A stretch of 64,000 bases of DNA from Candidatus Thorarchaeota archaeon (GCA_011364985.1 RDOC01000001.1:64001-128000), one strand, 5' to 3'. Positions 1 through 10,936 are shown, numbered from the stretch's first letter. Numbers and translations: made by a program. Notes: generated by a model from the sequence alone, not told the origin.

Positions 1-1
1 T

Positions 2-157
2 AGGATAGACCCGAATTTTGCAAAGGCGTGGTACTACAAGGCTAAGCTGCATCTGCAAATGGGAGACAAGGCAAACGCCAAGAAGTGTGCTGAAACAGCT
101 CTTGAGCTGGAGCCAAACTGGAAGAAACACATCGATAAGATACTCTCTCATCTTTGA
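2..157 (+). CDS. C-terminal end of a TPR-repeat protein (partial, runs off the window start)
   Basis: Frame 2 reads RIDPNFAKAWYYKAKLHLQMGDKANAKKCAETALELEPNWKKHIDKILSHL*, a canonical TPR unit (P..A.AW...A......G....A......AL.L.P). Confidence 0.8.
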   Translation, partial: RIDPNFAKAWYYKAKLHLQMGDKANAKKCAETALELEPNWKKHIDKILSHL

Positions 158-191
158 ATAAAGTATGCCTATAAGCGCTCCAAACGATGCT

Positions 192-641
192 CTATTTCAG
201 GGCTGATGATGAGTCAGGATAAAGCAGGACATATACGGCTTGGTTCAATGTCAGAATATTGCTATTCACCCACTCTATAACAATTTCGACATTTTCTTTT
301 GATGAGATATTTGCTAATGCATCAAGAGTTGCACCACGGGTCTGTTCGGAATTCAAAAGGTCCTCGATTGTGCGTACCAAAATCATTTCCCGCACGTCAG
401 GAGTTGTCTCTGTCAGCCAGTAGAGGATGTTGTCGCGGGCGTCAGTTTCAACACCGGCCTGAAAGGCGACCTCCTTTAAGGTAGTGCATATCTTGTCAAA
501 TACCTCCTTGTCCTGGATATCTTTCAATTCACTTTCAATGATGGAAACTATGCTCTTGGTTATCTCTGGGTTTGCACTGAGCATATCAACAAGGTCGGCC
601 CGCGCCTTCATTGGACCATCAGGAATTTCATCCTTAGTCAA
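192..641 (-). CDS. Hypothetical acidic alpha-helical protein
   Basis: 149-aa ORF, TTG start, protein-like composition, co-oriented with the upstream HAD/CoA-transferase genes. Confidence 0.7.
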   Translation of the reverse strand: MTKDEIPDGPMKARADLVDMLSANPEITKSIVSIIESELKDIQDKEVFDKICTTLKEVAFQAGVETDARDNILYWLTETTPDVREMILVRTIEDLLNSEQTRGATLDALANISSKENVEIVIEWVNSNILTLNQAVYVLLYPDSSSALK

Positions 642-706
642 GCCTGTTTCATCTCCATATAGGATTATTCAGTCTGTTAGGTCGAATATAGATATTACTC
701 GTGTAG

Positions 707-1453
707 TCAAGGCAAGAACCGGAGAACTTCGGACAGCGAAGAAACTACCAAATCAGGAGCAAAATGACTACCGTATTTTGCTAGAATATTGTCGAGACCG
801 AGCCCGCGATTGTTTACCCAGATGCAGGTAAGGCCAATAGATTTCCCTCCGATAATATCGGCCACGAATTCATCACCGACAAAGAGTGTGTTCTCGGGTT
901 TGGACCCAAGATGCGTCATGGCAAATTGAAAAGGCTGCGGCATAGGTTTGAAGGCCTTGACTACGCCACCATCAACAATAACCTCAAAAAAACCGCTCAC
1001 ACCCAATTTTCGAAGGATTATCTGAGCGTTCCCCTCAAACGAGTTCGTGATGACGCCCATGGGGATACCAAGGTTTCGGATTCTGGTGAGGATCTCCAAT
1101 GTGCCATTCGCAAGCTCCGACATTTCAATATGTAGATTCTTTAACACCGTAGTACCTTCATCAATTATCTTGTCTTCCACCTCTAATTTCATTGAGAATA
1201 GTGCAAGTTTGGTGGCGTCTCTAATCATATAGAAGGGGCTTTTGTACGCAGCCCCACGGACAATACTCCTTATCTCTTGCTGATAGTTCTGTACCAGCTT
1301 TGTCACGTACTCCTCAAGAATCTCAGAGGGGTCCTTCAGAATTCTTTGGAGCAGGAGCTCGCTTGCTCTGATTGGGTAGTGATTTGTATGTGTTAGTGTT
1401 GAATCGAGGTCAAAGAGTATAGCTTTGAATGAATCAAGGTCTGATACATTCAA
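707..1453 (-). CDS. HAD-superfamily hydrolase
   Basis: Motif I FDLDSTL, motif II ITN, KP.P..F, and motif IV VGDEFVADIIGG. Confidence 0.92.
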   Translation of the reverse strand: MNVSDLDSFKAILFDLDSTLTHTNHYPIRASELLLQRILKDPSEILEEYVTKLVQNYQQEIRSIVRGAAYKSPFYMIRDATKLALFSMKLEVEDKIIDEGTTVLKNLHIEMSELANGTLEILTRIRNLGIPMGVITNSFEGNAQIILRKLGVSGFFEVIVDGGVVKAFKPMPQPFQFAMTHLGSKPENTLFVGDEFVADIIGGKSIGLTCIWVNNRGLGLDNILAKYGSHFAPDLVVSSLSEVLRFLP

Positions 1454-1474
1454 TGCAAATCGAACTCCAAGAGG

Positions 1475-2245
1475 CTATCCACCCTTACCCAAGTAGATTC
1501 CGTGAGGGTCAAGCTTGTGCATAATATCGATCTGTTCTTGAGTAGGCTCCTCTGTGGTAGGAACGTCATCAGGTACAACTATCTCAAACATCACATTATC
1601 CAGAATATCCTGAATCTCAAATCCAGGGTGCACAGTCATAAGGCGTATCTTCAGTGTGTCCGGATCGAAGTCCATTTGACACATATCAGTGATAACAACA
1701 TCTGGACCATTTCCGACAAGAGACCACTTCTTTCGTGAGCCAGGGCCTTGCAAGTGCCCGGGACTAGTCATATAGTCAAGCTCCTTAACGAACTTACGCT
1801 TATCATGTGTCATCATGACAATGAGTCGTTTTGCGGAGGAAGCAATATCATTTCCACCTCCACTTCCAGGCAGCTTCACTTTTGGATTATCAAACGGCCC
1901 GATATATGTTGTATTGATGTTGCCGTACTCGTCAATCTGGGCGGACCCAAGAAAACCAACATCTATGCGACCTCCCTGCAGAATGAAGCCCAAAGTCTCA
2001 ATCAGGCCAATTGATGCTGAACAGCCATAATAGTACCTTGAATCCGCAACAGAGAGAGGAACCTCTCTAGGACGCGCATCAATGAAACCAGCCTCTGAGA
2101 TCAAGTTAATTCGTGGGGCGTGAGTTTCCTTGGCTAGCAAAGCTGCCAATAAGGGCATTCCGGTTCCGCCAAATACAGCCTCATCATTTCGTACATGTCT
2201 AGATGCACAGGCCACAAGAAACTCAATCTTGCTATACTTTACCAT
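1475..2245 (-). CDS. gctB: Family I CoA-transferase subunit B (glutaconate CoA-transferase-like)
   Basis: GTGMP, ISEAG (catalytic Glu), FLGSAQIDEYGNINTT and LPGSGGGND motifs. Confidence 0.88.
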   Translation of the reverse strand: MVKYSKIEFLVACASRHVRNDEAVFGGTGMPLLAALLAKETHAPRINLISEAGFIDARPREVPLSVADSRYYYGCSASIGLIETLGFILQGGRIDVGFLGSAQIDEYGNINTTYIGPFDNPKVKLPGSGGGNDIASSAKRLIVMMTHDKRKFVKELDYMTSPGHLQGPGSRKKWSLVGNGPDVVITDMCQMDFDPDTLKIRLMTVHPGFEIQDILDNVMFEIVVPDDVPTTEEPTQEQIDIMHKLDPHGIYLGKGG

Positions 2246-2257
2246 CTTCTTCCCTCC

Positions 2258-3172
2258 TTAGTACCCCCAAGGTTTACGCGCCCGCAGCTTATGCAGATTC
2301 TCCCATCCGATCTTTTCAAGATAACCCCAATGGTCATCAACGCCAAGAATATAGTTGTCAAGATACTCCTGCCACATTTCCTCTGCTCGTGTGAGTTTGT
2401 GAAACATTTGAAGATGTTCCAAGTCATAATCGTAGTAGTCATGACATTGCATGGGATGCGCGATGAAGGGGAGAATTACGATACGATCCACATAAAGTGC
2501 AGGGATCTTTGTCTGGTCAGGACGCTTTCGAATTTCATCTCCGTCAATCAATTCCTCTGCCAACACAATGAGTTTCTTTCCACATCTAGACCCTTCAACA
2601 TCCTCGCCTACGATGCCATCAATTTGTGCATTTCCCTGCTGGTCAACTCGTTGAACATGGACGATGCTAAAGTCTGGTTGTACAGAGGGCACCAAACATA
2701 TCTTTTCGTTGGTAAATGGGCAGTCAATGACTTTCAGTTTCTTGTCGCCCTTGAATCTTGCGTGTTTCACCATATCTGTTCCCATAAGACTGCGTATAGG
2801 CATGAAAGGGACATTGAGTGCTCCACCAAGGAACCGCATGGCCATCGCTAGGTTACTATAATCCTCAATCTGAAGCTTACCCTCAGTGACTCTTCGTCTT
2901 GCATTATTTGATAGACCTAATGCCTCTATTGCAGTGAAAGCAATCTCAAATTTGTCGGCAACACCTGCGCCACACATGATTTCAAGATCCACCTCAGATC
3001 CGCAGGTTTGAATATTGAGGCGTCTCTTGTTTTGTCTCACCAATTCATGGGCAAAGGCAATAGGTGCACGTTGGTATCCAAAGCCACCCCAAAACAGCTC
3101 CGAGCCATCCGGAACCATTTTTGCAGCCTCAGCCAGTGTTATTCGCTTATCTTCAATCTCTGGCTCTGTCAA
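2258..3172 (-). CDS. gctA: Family I CoA-transferase subunit A (glutaconate CoA-transferase-like)
   Basis: GGF...RAP.A..HEL.RQ, EDYSN, GALNVPFMP, CPFT and HVQRVD..GN motifs; adjacent to subunit B. Confidence 0.88.
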   Translation of the reverse strand: MTEPEIEDKRITLAEAAKMVPDGSELFWGGFGYQRAPIAFAHELVRQNKRRLNIQTCGSEVDLEIMCGAGVADKFEIAFTAIEALGLSNNARRRVTEGKLQIEDYSNLAMAMRFLGGALNVPFMPIRSLMGTDMVKHARFKGDKKLKVIDCPFTNEKICLVPSVQPDFSIVHVQRVDQQGNAQIDGIVGEDVEGSRCGKKLIVLAEELIDGDEIRKRPDQTKIPALYVDRIVILPFIAHPMQCHDYYDYDLEHLQMFHKLTRAEEMWQEYLDNYILGVDDHWGYLEKIGWENLHKLRARKPWGY

Positions 3173-3254
3173 GAGAATTCACCAATGCATAAGTCAACAG
3201 ATGACTTCTGGCGGCCCTTAGAATCCTTCCTTTTATCTTTGACTAATGAAGTTC

Positions 3255-3301
3255 CAGAAAACAGAAAAAGAGGAAGTGACGTCTGAGTCATGTCACTTCC
3301 T
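3255..3301 (-). terminator. Hairpin plus U-rich tract, putative terminator of the VIT-vWA gene
   Basis: Perfect 10-bp inverted repeat AGGAAGTGAC (3271-3280) / GTCACTTCCT (3292-3301), followed on the minus strand by CTTTTTCTGTTTTC, just after the stop. Confidence 0.6.
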
Positions 3302-3311
3302 TCAGGTTGAA

Positions 3312-5225
3312 TCAACCGTTTTGAAAACGATGCCTAAGCAACCAGATTATAGCACCACTAAGAGTGAGGACCCCAGCAAATGAGAGTACTCCCATTGCAA
3401 TGACCATCAGTGTGTAGTCCGGGGCTGCAGTGATTGTTGTTGTAACTGTCGTAGTGTATGTACAAGTTGTTGTAATGCATGTATAAGTAGTAGTTATCGT
3501 TGGAGAGGAAGGAATGGCCTCATTATTCTCGTCATATGCAGTCAGAACCAGTGCAGTATATCCATCGATAATAAGACCATAGCCTAATGCAATGGAGATG
3601 ATTTCCTCCCTTCGTGAATAACTATCCCCAAGCAGGTTCTGGAGCTCAAGCAAGTAGGTGATACGATGCTGCGCCCAAATGTATTCGACGTGAAATTGGT
3701 TAGACGGCGCCGAACTCGCCGAATTCTCATAGTTCTCAGGACCCGAGACATAGTCAATTATGGTATCTACCGCAATAGACTCTGTGTAACGGCCACTGAT
3801 CACAACCTCACTTCCATTGAAGAATGGTGATTGGTCCAAAGGTTGAAGAGTATTGACATCTTCAGCACCATTGACGCTGATGCTATATGAGTGAGCAAGA
3901 GGAGTAGCGAATTGCTCATAGAAATCAAGTATCTTTGAAGGAGCATCATCGTCCGGCTGAATGAACGCGAAGAATCCCTTGTTTTGAGCAGCTAAATTAG
4001 CCATCAGATTCTCATCAGCATCAGAACCAAAGGCAACAGTAGATATCGACACACCCAAAGTATTTGCCTCAGAGACTCCGGAAAGGATTCCGGGTGTATC
4101 CAAAATAGGTCCGGCGGTTGGTTGGCCATCAGAGAGCATGAGCATCACTTTCACATATTCACCCTCATAGAAGGTATCCAAGCCATCTGTGCACGCACCA
4201 TAGAAATTAGTAGAACCTGAAGCTGTAGTTGATGAAATCCAAGATTGTGCAGTCTGCAGATTGGTTGAGCTAGCAGGTCGTGGTTCACTCCATAGAACTT
4301 CGACATCATGATTGAATCTCACAAGATTAAACACATCGTCAGAGGATAGGTCTGCAATCATAGCATTGAATGCGCTTTTTGCCTGCCTGATCTTGATATC
4401 GCTCATGGATCCTGATCTATCGATTACAAAGACATACTGTCGATATGCTCTATCTGCGACCTCAGTAATACTAGGAGCGAGGAGATAGACGAAGAATCTT
4501 TCAGTTCCATTATTGTGTACTAAGAGCTGACTACCGCCAGTTTGCCTGTCCAATGTATAGGTTACTGCAATTTCTTCCGGCAAAAAGCAGCTTGAACAGG
4601 AGTATTGTATTCTTACACCGTCTGTAAGATCGGACGCAGTGAATTCTGGAATGCCTGTGATTCTGTACCCAGCTATTGGGCCATAGTGAGACAGCACGCT
4701 CAAGTCAAAGGAGAAGTCTGCTAGAATTGAGTCAAACGTCATCGGAAGAAGAAGTGAATACAGCCCATATTCTCTTGTTAGAAGACCCTCAATATACACC
4801 GTTAAGAGGACTGCGCTGTTATTTCGTACATTGAGTGTCACGGTGTATCCGCCAAATTCACGAATAACAAGTGCCGCTATTTCATTCGCCTCTACACTGG
4901 CATTGTAGACATTAATCGCCTCATGTTCGCGCATTGCTCGTCCCCAGTATACCTCATCACCGGTGTGTACCGATATGTTGCTAAGCCTGATACCTTCCTG
5001 CATTTGGAAGAACCAGCTTGCCTCATTTGCAATATCTGATGCAGTGTTGTCTATGTGAAGAGCATAGCTAAGATTCGCGTAGTTGTCCACAATTTCGCCG
5101 CACACTGAAACAGAATCTGGTTTTAGATCGACCAGACCGGCCGATGTAAAATCAGGAGCAGCTATCAGTAAGCTTGCCATCAAAAACACCAGAATGGTTA
5201 TTCCGGATAGCCTTATAGTCCGCAT
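3312..5225 (-). CDS. Membrane-anchored VIT + vWA domain surface protein (inter-alpha-trypsin inhibitor heavy chain-like architecture)
   Basis: Signal peptide; VIT-like N-domain; MIDAS motif VFVIDRSGSM...GSTN...LSDGQPT; Thr-rich linker; C-terminal TM followed by basic residues. Confidence 0.88.
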   Translation of the reverse strand: MRTIRLSGITILVFLMASLLIAAPDFTSAGLVDLKPDSVSVCGEIVDNYANLSYALHIDNTASDIANEASWFFQMQEGIRLSNISVHTGDEVYWGRAMREHEAINVYNASVEANEIAALVIREFGGYTVTLNVRNNSAVLLTVYIEGLLTREYGLYSLLLPMTFDSILADFSFDLSVLSHYGPIAGYRITGIPEFTASDLTDGVRIQYSCSSCFLPEEIAVTYTLDRQTGGSQLLVHNNGTERFFVYLLAPSITEVADRAYRQYVFVIDRSGSMSDIKIRQAKSAFNAMIADLSSDDVFNLVRFNHDVEVLWSEPRPASSTNLQTAQSWISSTTASGSTNFYGACTDGLDTFYEGEYVKVMLMLSDGQPTAGPILDTPGILSGVSEANTLGVSISTVAFGSDADENLMANLAAQNKGFFAFIQPDDDAPSKILDFYEQFATPLAHSYSISVNGAEDVNTLQPLDQSPFFNGSEVVISGRYTESIAVDTIIDYVSGPENYENSASSAPSNQFHVEYIWAQHRITYLLELQNLLGDSYSRREEIISIALGYGLIIDGYTALVLTAYDENNEAIPSSPTITTTYTCITTTCTYTTTVTTTITAAPDYTLMVIAMGVLSFAGVLTLSGAIIWLLRHRFQNG

Positions 5226-5971
5226 AAAGAAAACGTGGTTTTGATTCGATATGTTATCTCCTGTGTCGATATCGACACATTACTTAGGTCTTCGCGGAGA
5301 ACTCCTAGATGAAGGAAAGAAGGAGTGATCGACCGTAGTCAGAATACACCAGAAAGGGTGTTTCAGACCTGTCTACTGCTATGGTCTTGTCTAGACCACT
5401 TGCAAATCACTCATTCGAGATAATGAGAAAAGACCACGTGTAGATAGACACACATTGAAGCGTTCTAATCGTAATAATTCTTGTCAGGACACTCCTTTTC
5501 GTGCTTCTGGAGCCTTCGGCAATCCATGCACATGCTTCTCCCTGTTCATACACGTTTGCCATAACAGACGATTATTCGGCATATTTCGCAAGAGATACTC
5601 CTTATAGCGAGCGATCTTGATCAATGATGCCATTTGTTTTGAATTGGAGGAGAAGATGAATTCCTACTCGAACTCCTGATAGACTTGCTTCAGCACGGAC
5701 TGCGCTTGTCACGTCGCACGAAGATGTTACAGCATTGAAATCAGCCACATATGGCGGAAGTAGACAAGAACTAGAGGAGAGAACAAGTAAGACCAGAATA
5801 GAGAATGCAAGACGGGTCCTTATGAAACTCGAAGAATAAACGGCCATATAATGAGCAAAGCATCTCTTGCATGAAGTAGAAGAATTGTGGAAATTGGTGC
5901 ATGCATTATCACTTATGATGAATTGCCATGCCGTCAGTCCAGGATAAGAGTCTGATCGCTTCTGAGAAGAC

Positions 5972-7300
5972 TCACTCCATTCGATCTGTAGTCCGTGCAT
6001 GGGGTGGTGAAGTATGTGCCTTCGTTCTCTGCTTCGGTCGGAAAGTGGTCACATCAACACTGAGCATGGATCTCCAAACAACCAATGACAGAATAAGCGC
6101 AAGAACACCTGAAACAAGAAAGAGCATTCGCAAACTATCCAAATAGACCCAGAGCAATGCTCCAAGTGGCGCTGCAAATAGACCAGTAGAGGAGATTACA
6201 GTCTGAAAGACACCCAGTGCGCGGCCTTTCATTTCTTCAGGAATACCATTTATCGAAAGCAATCGCTCTGTGGAAATCCAGATCACAATGGGAACAGACC
6301 AAGCCACATTGAGGATGAAGAAGAGCACAGGGCCGGTTCCAATACCAAGTACAATCATGATACCACCATTGGCCAGAAGGCTGAAGACCAATGCCTTTCT
6401 TACTCTGCGACCTGCAATCCCGCTTAGATTGTACATCAATGTAGCCGTAGCCAAGGAGAATGCGCTCCAAGCCAAACCATAGAACTCAAGACTCAGACCC
6501 CAATCAACTACACTTAGAATCCCAAAGTAAGGAATCATCATGCCCCAAGCTGCGTAGTACCCAACCATTGCCAATGTGAACTTCCAAAATGGTCCGCCCA
6601 AACTATGTAAGGGAACATGGCCGCCATTCTTTGCATTCTTCATCAAATGCCTCGGCATAGTTTCTTTGACCAGAACTACTGATGCAATCATGGAAACAAG
6701 AGCAAGAATTGTGCCTAGGCCAAGCAAAGACGATTGAGCAAATCCGGCATTCAGTAGAAGTACTGCAATTAGAGGACTTAGCCCGTCCATAAGGAAGGTC
6801 GGCAAAAGTACCATGGTCATTTTTCTCGACGCATTAGGTCCATCATCACTCGTTATTTGGTCGGCAGGCATTGCCCTTGATACAACTAGGACAAAGCTCC
6901 AGCCAAATGAATGAAGGCCATAGGCAATAGGAATAACAGGCCAGATTGGATGAGTCCAAAGCAAGTACAGTCCAGCAATTTGAGGAATGAAGGAGAATAT
7001 CAAGGCCTTTTTTCTTCCAATGAAATCAGCTGTTACTCCCGAAATAGGATACCCTGCCAACGCTGCCAAGGAGCCTATGGAGAAAGTCAATCCAATCTGC
7101 AGAGGATCTAATATTGGCTCAAGAAACACTGCAAATGTCCATACCCAAACACTAACAGAAAACTGAGCAATACCAGCAACAACTGCAAGACGCCAAAGAG
7201 AACTATTGAGGCTGAGGAACGTACGTTGAGCCGAGGACCCAGTATGTAGTCTGGCCTCTGGTAATTGTACAGCTTCCATTGGACGGATCAAAACCATCAA
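5972..7300 (-). CDS. MFS transporter
   Basis: About 12 hydrophobic segments; motif A GVTADFIGRKKAL; PEEMKGRALGVF. Confidence 0.9.
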   Translation of the reverse strand: MMVLIRPMEAVQLPEARLHTGSSAQRTFLSLNSSLWRLAVVAGIAQFSVSVWVWTFAVFLEPILDPLQIGLTFSIGSLAALAGYPISGVTADFIGRKKALIFSFIPQIAGLYLLWTHPIWPVIPIAYGLHSFGWSFVLVVSRAMPADQITSDDGPNASRKMTMVLLPTFLMDGLSPLIAVLLLNAGFAQSSLLGLGTILALVSMIASVVLVKETMPRHLMKNAKNGGHVPLHSLGGPFWKFTLAMVGYYAAWGMMIPYFGILSVVDWGLSLEFYGLAWSAFSLATATLMYNLSGIAGRRVRKALVFSLLANGGIMIVLGIGTGPVLFFILNVAWSVPIVIWISTERLLSINGIPEEMKGRALGVFQTVISSTGLFAAPLGALLWVYLDSLRMLFLVSGVLALILSLVVWRSMLSVDVTTFRPKQRTKAHTSPPHARTTDRME

Positions 7301-7876
7301 GCCTCATCATTGCGTTAGAGACGCCTCAACTGAAACTTTCTCTCGTTGGTTTATAGCCTTATTTGAAGAGACGTGGAAAGACAAGGAAGAAGAAACAAGA
7401 ATTGAAGGCTGGCAATATCATTTCTATTGCAATGATCGTGTTCGCGATCTATTGATAGCTACTCCACAAACACTTACGCTCCAGCTTGCTTGAAAAAGGA
7501 ATCTGCTTGATTCCATATTCTGAAGGCGCCATTGCAACTTCTTCTTATTGAAGACTGCATCACCCCGAGATGTGATAGGACATGTGAGAAAATGTGTCCT
7601 TGGACTTTATGATCAACTTCGCAAGAGATTAGAGGATTATCTCCTCAATTTGAGAAGGACCTACACTGGACGGGATTTCATAGTCTGCTTCTGAATCGCC
7701 GCATGCTATGGATATCTCCGCATTGAGCTAGCACTTAGTAGGACTGGCTTGGTGAACGTATTCGGAAACGGTGTGATTGTTGATTCGATGCCTATTTATG
7801 AGGGTGTTTTCCAGCATCGTGATGCTAGTGACAAGGCACGATTCGGTCAGATGGATCGAAAACGGAGGATTTCCTA

Positions 7877-9403
7877 TTGAGTCAATTGTACAATAAGGTC
7901 ACCGATGAAGTGGTAAAGGAACTCTCTGCTATTTGCGGCGACAAATTTGTTACAGATAGCCTACCACTTCGACATTCATACATGGCAAAGGGCATCATGG
8001 GCTTGGAAGCGGTGGTGCCTGAGGTCGTGGTCCGACCTGCCAACAAAGACGAGGTGCTAAAGATACTTGTTGTGGCAAACGAGAATCTTAGTCCCGTTAC
8101 GCCAGCTGCAGGTGGACTGAGTGGAGGATTTGCTCTGCCGGCTATTGAGCCAGGTGGCATCCTGATGGACATGACAAGGATGAATAGACTTGAGGTTGAT
8201 GAAAAAAATCGAGTAATGACAGTAGAGCCAGGCGTAAGATGTGGAGATGCTTGGAGAATCTTCAAGAAGAAACACCCTGACTGGGCGCCTCCGATTCCTG
8301 ACGGGGCTCCACCAGGGGCAACTATTCTGGGAGATGCCATAGAACGAGGATTCTCTCTTGTGACTGGCAAGTTCGGGCCGCAGGCAGACATGATTATTGG
8401 TCTAGAGATTGCCCTTCCCACTGGGGAGCTATTCCGTACTGGTTCGTGGGCTCTTGATGGTGCAAAGGCATTCTATCGATGGGGTATCGGCCCGAATCCT
8501 GATGGGTTATTCCTTGGTTCTCAGGGCTCAATGGGCATCATTACTAAATGCGCCATTAAGCTGGTTCCCCATCCACACTACAAGACTATTGTGGCATATG
8601 GAGGAGATAGCTGGGAACATATCATCGAACCTGCATGGGAGATAGGCAGACACGAGATGGGCATTGCCGAGAACACGGTAATGGTACAGGGAGGGAACTG
8701 GCCACTGGTAATGACTCGATGGCCAAAGAGCAATGTGCCAATCGATTACAAGTTTTACGAGAAAATCGGCGTAGATGAGTACTGGATGAACTCCGAAGTA
8801 TGGGCTTGGTCTCAGGAGGAACTTGACTTCACACTGAAGAAGATCGATGAAACCTACAAGGCCTATGAGGTGGAGAAGAAAACTGTGTGCAAGAAACAGG
8901 ACCTTCATCCAAAACAGATTGCCTCTAGGCTAAAGAAGCCAAACTTGATTGCTGTGCCATATGGTCTCTATGAAGCAGGATTCCTTTTCATCACTTGGTA
9001 CTGCCCATGGTTGGAGAGTCCAAGAATGATGGAGGAATATTGCGCCAAGATGGAGGAGTATGGCTTCCCGCCAACTATGTGGGTGGCTTCAATAGACCAC
9101 GCTCGTCAGGCCATTGTGATGCCAATTCTGTGTTTTGATAGTTCTGAGGAAGGCATCTACGACAAGATACGCGAGTTCAATCTGGAAACAACAAAGAGCT
9201 TCGTCAAGCAGGGATGGATCAACTATCGGCCCGATCCCTTTGTGCATGCTCCGTATACCTTCAGCAAAGCCAAAGAATATTATAGAATGCTCGTGAAGTT
9301 CAGAAAGCTCTTGGATCCAAATCTCATTCTCCATCCAGGAAGACTTGCAATTCCATGGGGAGCTGTCACAGACCTTCCCAACCCGATTGAGGAGGGCAAA
9401 TAA
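7877..9403 (+). CDS. FAD-binding oxidoreductase (VAO/PCMH-GlcD superfamily)
   Basis: PEVVVRP, GGLSGG, VEPGV, GLFLGSQGSMGIITK and C-terminal LDPNLILHPG. Confidence 0.9.
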   Translation: MSQLYNKVTDEVVKELSAICGDKFVTDSLPLRHSYMAKGIMGLEAVVPEVVVRPANKDEVLKILVVANENLSPVTPAAGGLSGGFALPAIEPGGILMDMTRMNRLEVDEKNRVMTVEPGVRCGDAWRIFKKKHPDWAPPIPDGAPPGATILGDAIERGFSLVTGKFGPQADMIIGLEIALPTGELFRTGSWALDGAKAFYRWGIGPNPDGLFLGSQGSMGIITKCAIKLVPHPHYKTIVAYGGDSWEHIIEPAWEIGRHEMGIAENTVMVQGGNWPLVMTRWPKSNVPIDYKFYEKIGVDEYWMNSEVWAWSQEELDFTLKKIDETYKAYEVEKKTVCKKQDLHPKQIASRLKKPNLIAVPYGLYEAGFLFITWYCPWLESPRMMEEYCAKMEEYGFPPTMWVASIDHARQAIVMPILCFDSSEEGIYDKIREFNLETTKSFVKQGWINYRPDPFVHAPYTFSKAKEYYRMLVKFRKLLDPNLILHPGRLAIPWGAVTDLPNPIEEGK

Positions 9404-9463
9404 TGAAATCATGGATACAACGAAAGTTTCAAAATGTAAATTTCGAAGGGAGGCAAGATTGCT

Positions 9464-10771
9464 ATGACTAGTTTAGAGGAACTTCGCAGAATCAACGCAA
9501 GATGTATTCACTGCCGTGCTTGTCAGTATGCATACTCAAACGAACCTGACAGAGAAGGTAAGGATGAAGAGTACACGGGGATGATGTTATCTTGTCCCGG
9601 AGGTAACCACTACGGTTGGGAGGGATACTTTAACAGCGGCAGGATGTGGATTGCCCGGGCTTTTCTAGAGGGAGAACTCGAACCCAGCCAGGAGATGCTT
9701 GAGGTGATTGAGGCATGTACAACCTGCGGTCTATGCGCTGAGCAATGTAAGAACTACATTGATACGGTAGATGTCATTGAAGAACTTAGAGCTGCAATCA
9801 TCGATTCTGGGGTGGAACCTCTCAAGAGACACAAGGTCATTGGTGACAGGGTCCTTGATGAGGAAATGAGAAATCCCTACCATGATCCAAGAAGCGAGAG
9901 AACTGCTTGGTACGATGGCGAGATTGACAACCAGAATGCAAAGATAGCATACTATGTAGGCTGCACAGGTGCATATCGGCAACAGGGCGTCGCAAAGCAC
10001 ACAGCTAGTATCCTCAAAAAGCTAGGTTACGACTTCACAGTCCTATCGGATGAGGTCTGTTGTGGTTCCCCCATTCTCAGGACAGGACAGAAAGATGTCT
10101 TCAAGACAGTAATGAATGAGAACCTTGACCTCTTCAAGGACTTCGATATGCTTGTGTTTTCTTGTGCTGGTTGCTATAGGACCTTCAGAGTTGACTATCC
10201 AAAGCAGAGCGGGAAGCCACTTCCATTCGAAGTCAAACACACATTGGACTTAGTTTGGGAACTCATTACTGAGGGCAAGATCAAGATTGAGAAACCTTAC
10301 AACAAGAAGGTCACTTGGCACGATCCTTGCCACACAATCAGACACATCGGACTCTCCATAGAGAAGGCTATACTTGATGAATCTGACAACTGGCTTCTTG
10401 ACAGCAGGAATGCTACAAAGGCAAAGGAGGCATGGTATGAGAGGCCCCGCGATGTCCTCCGTGCCATCACCGGCATCGACTTCCGTGAGATGTACCGAAT
10501 CAAGGGAGACAGCTTCTGCTGCGGAGCTGGAGGAGGAGTGAAGACTCAATTCTCGGAGATGGCATTGGAAACTGCCAAGGAGAGAGTCAAGGAGGCTGCT
10601 GCAACTGGGGCCGAAGTATTGATGACGTCGTGTCCCTTCTGTATCACTAATTTCTCCGATGCTGTCAAGGCATTGAAGGATGAAGAAAAGGAGACCGGCA
10701 AGGATCTCTCATCAGTAGGTTCAAAGCTCGAAATTGTGGAACTTCTTGAAGTTCTTGATGAGCTACTCTAG
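9464..10771 (+). CDS. HdrD/GlcF-like Fe-S protein (2x[4Fe-4S] plus two CCG domains)
   Basis: CIHCRAC...CP, CTTCGLCAEQC, YYVGC, CCGSP, SCAGC, WHDPCH, CCGAGGG, SCPFC. Confidence 0.92.
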   Translation: MTSLEELRRINARCIHCRACQYAYSNEPDREGKDEEYTGMMLSCPGGNHYGWEGYFNSGRMWIARAFLEGELEPSQEMLEVIEACTTCGLCAEQCKNYIDTVDVIEELRAAIIDSGVEPLKRHKVIGDRVLDEEMRNPYHDPRSERTAWYDGEIDNQNAKIAYYVGCTGAYRQQGVAKHTASILKKLGYDFTVLSDEVCCGSPILRTGQKDVFKTVMNENLDLFKDFDMLVFSCAGCYRTFRVDYPKQSGKPLPFEVKHTLDLVWELITEGKIKIEKPYNKKVTWHDPCHTIRHIGLSIEKAILDESDNWLLDSRNATKAKEAWYERPRDVLRAITGIDFREMYRIKGDSFCCGAGGGVKTQFSEMALETAKERVKEAAATGAEVLMTSCPFCITNFSDAVKALKDEEKETGKDLSSVGSKLEIVELLEVLDELL

Positions 10772-10781
10772 TAGGTTATTT

Positions 10782-10819
10782 GCTGCGGAGGACAACCTCT
10801 GCAGCTATGTTCTGTTTTT
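10782..10819 (+). terminator. Hairpin plus U-rich tract, putative terminator
   Basis: GCTGCGGAGG-acaa-CCTCTGCAGC (one G.U pair on +) followed by TATGTTCTGTTTTT, about 10 nt after the stop. Confidence 0.6.
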
Positions 10820-10936
10820 CCAACGATAATTTACAGCCCTCCTAGTCTTGTCGTCATGTCGAAGAAGGCGAGAAATGAATCTGCAGGTGTCTTGTGTGGC
10901 AGTAGTCTTATTTCTCTCCAATGTTTTGGTATTCCA

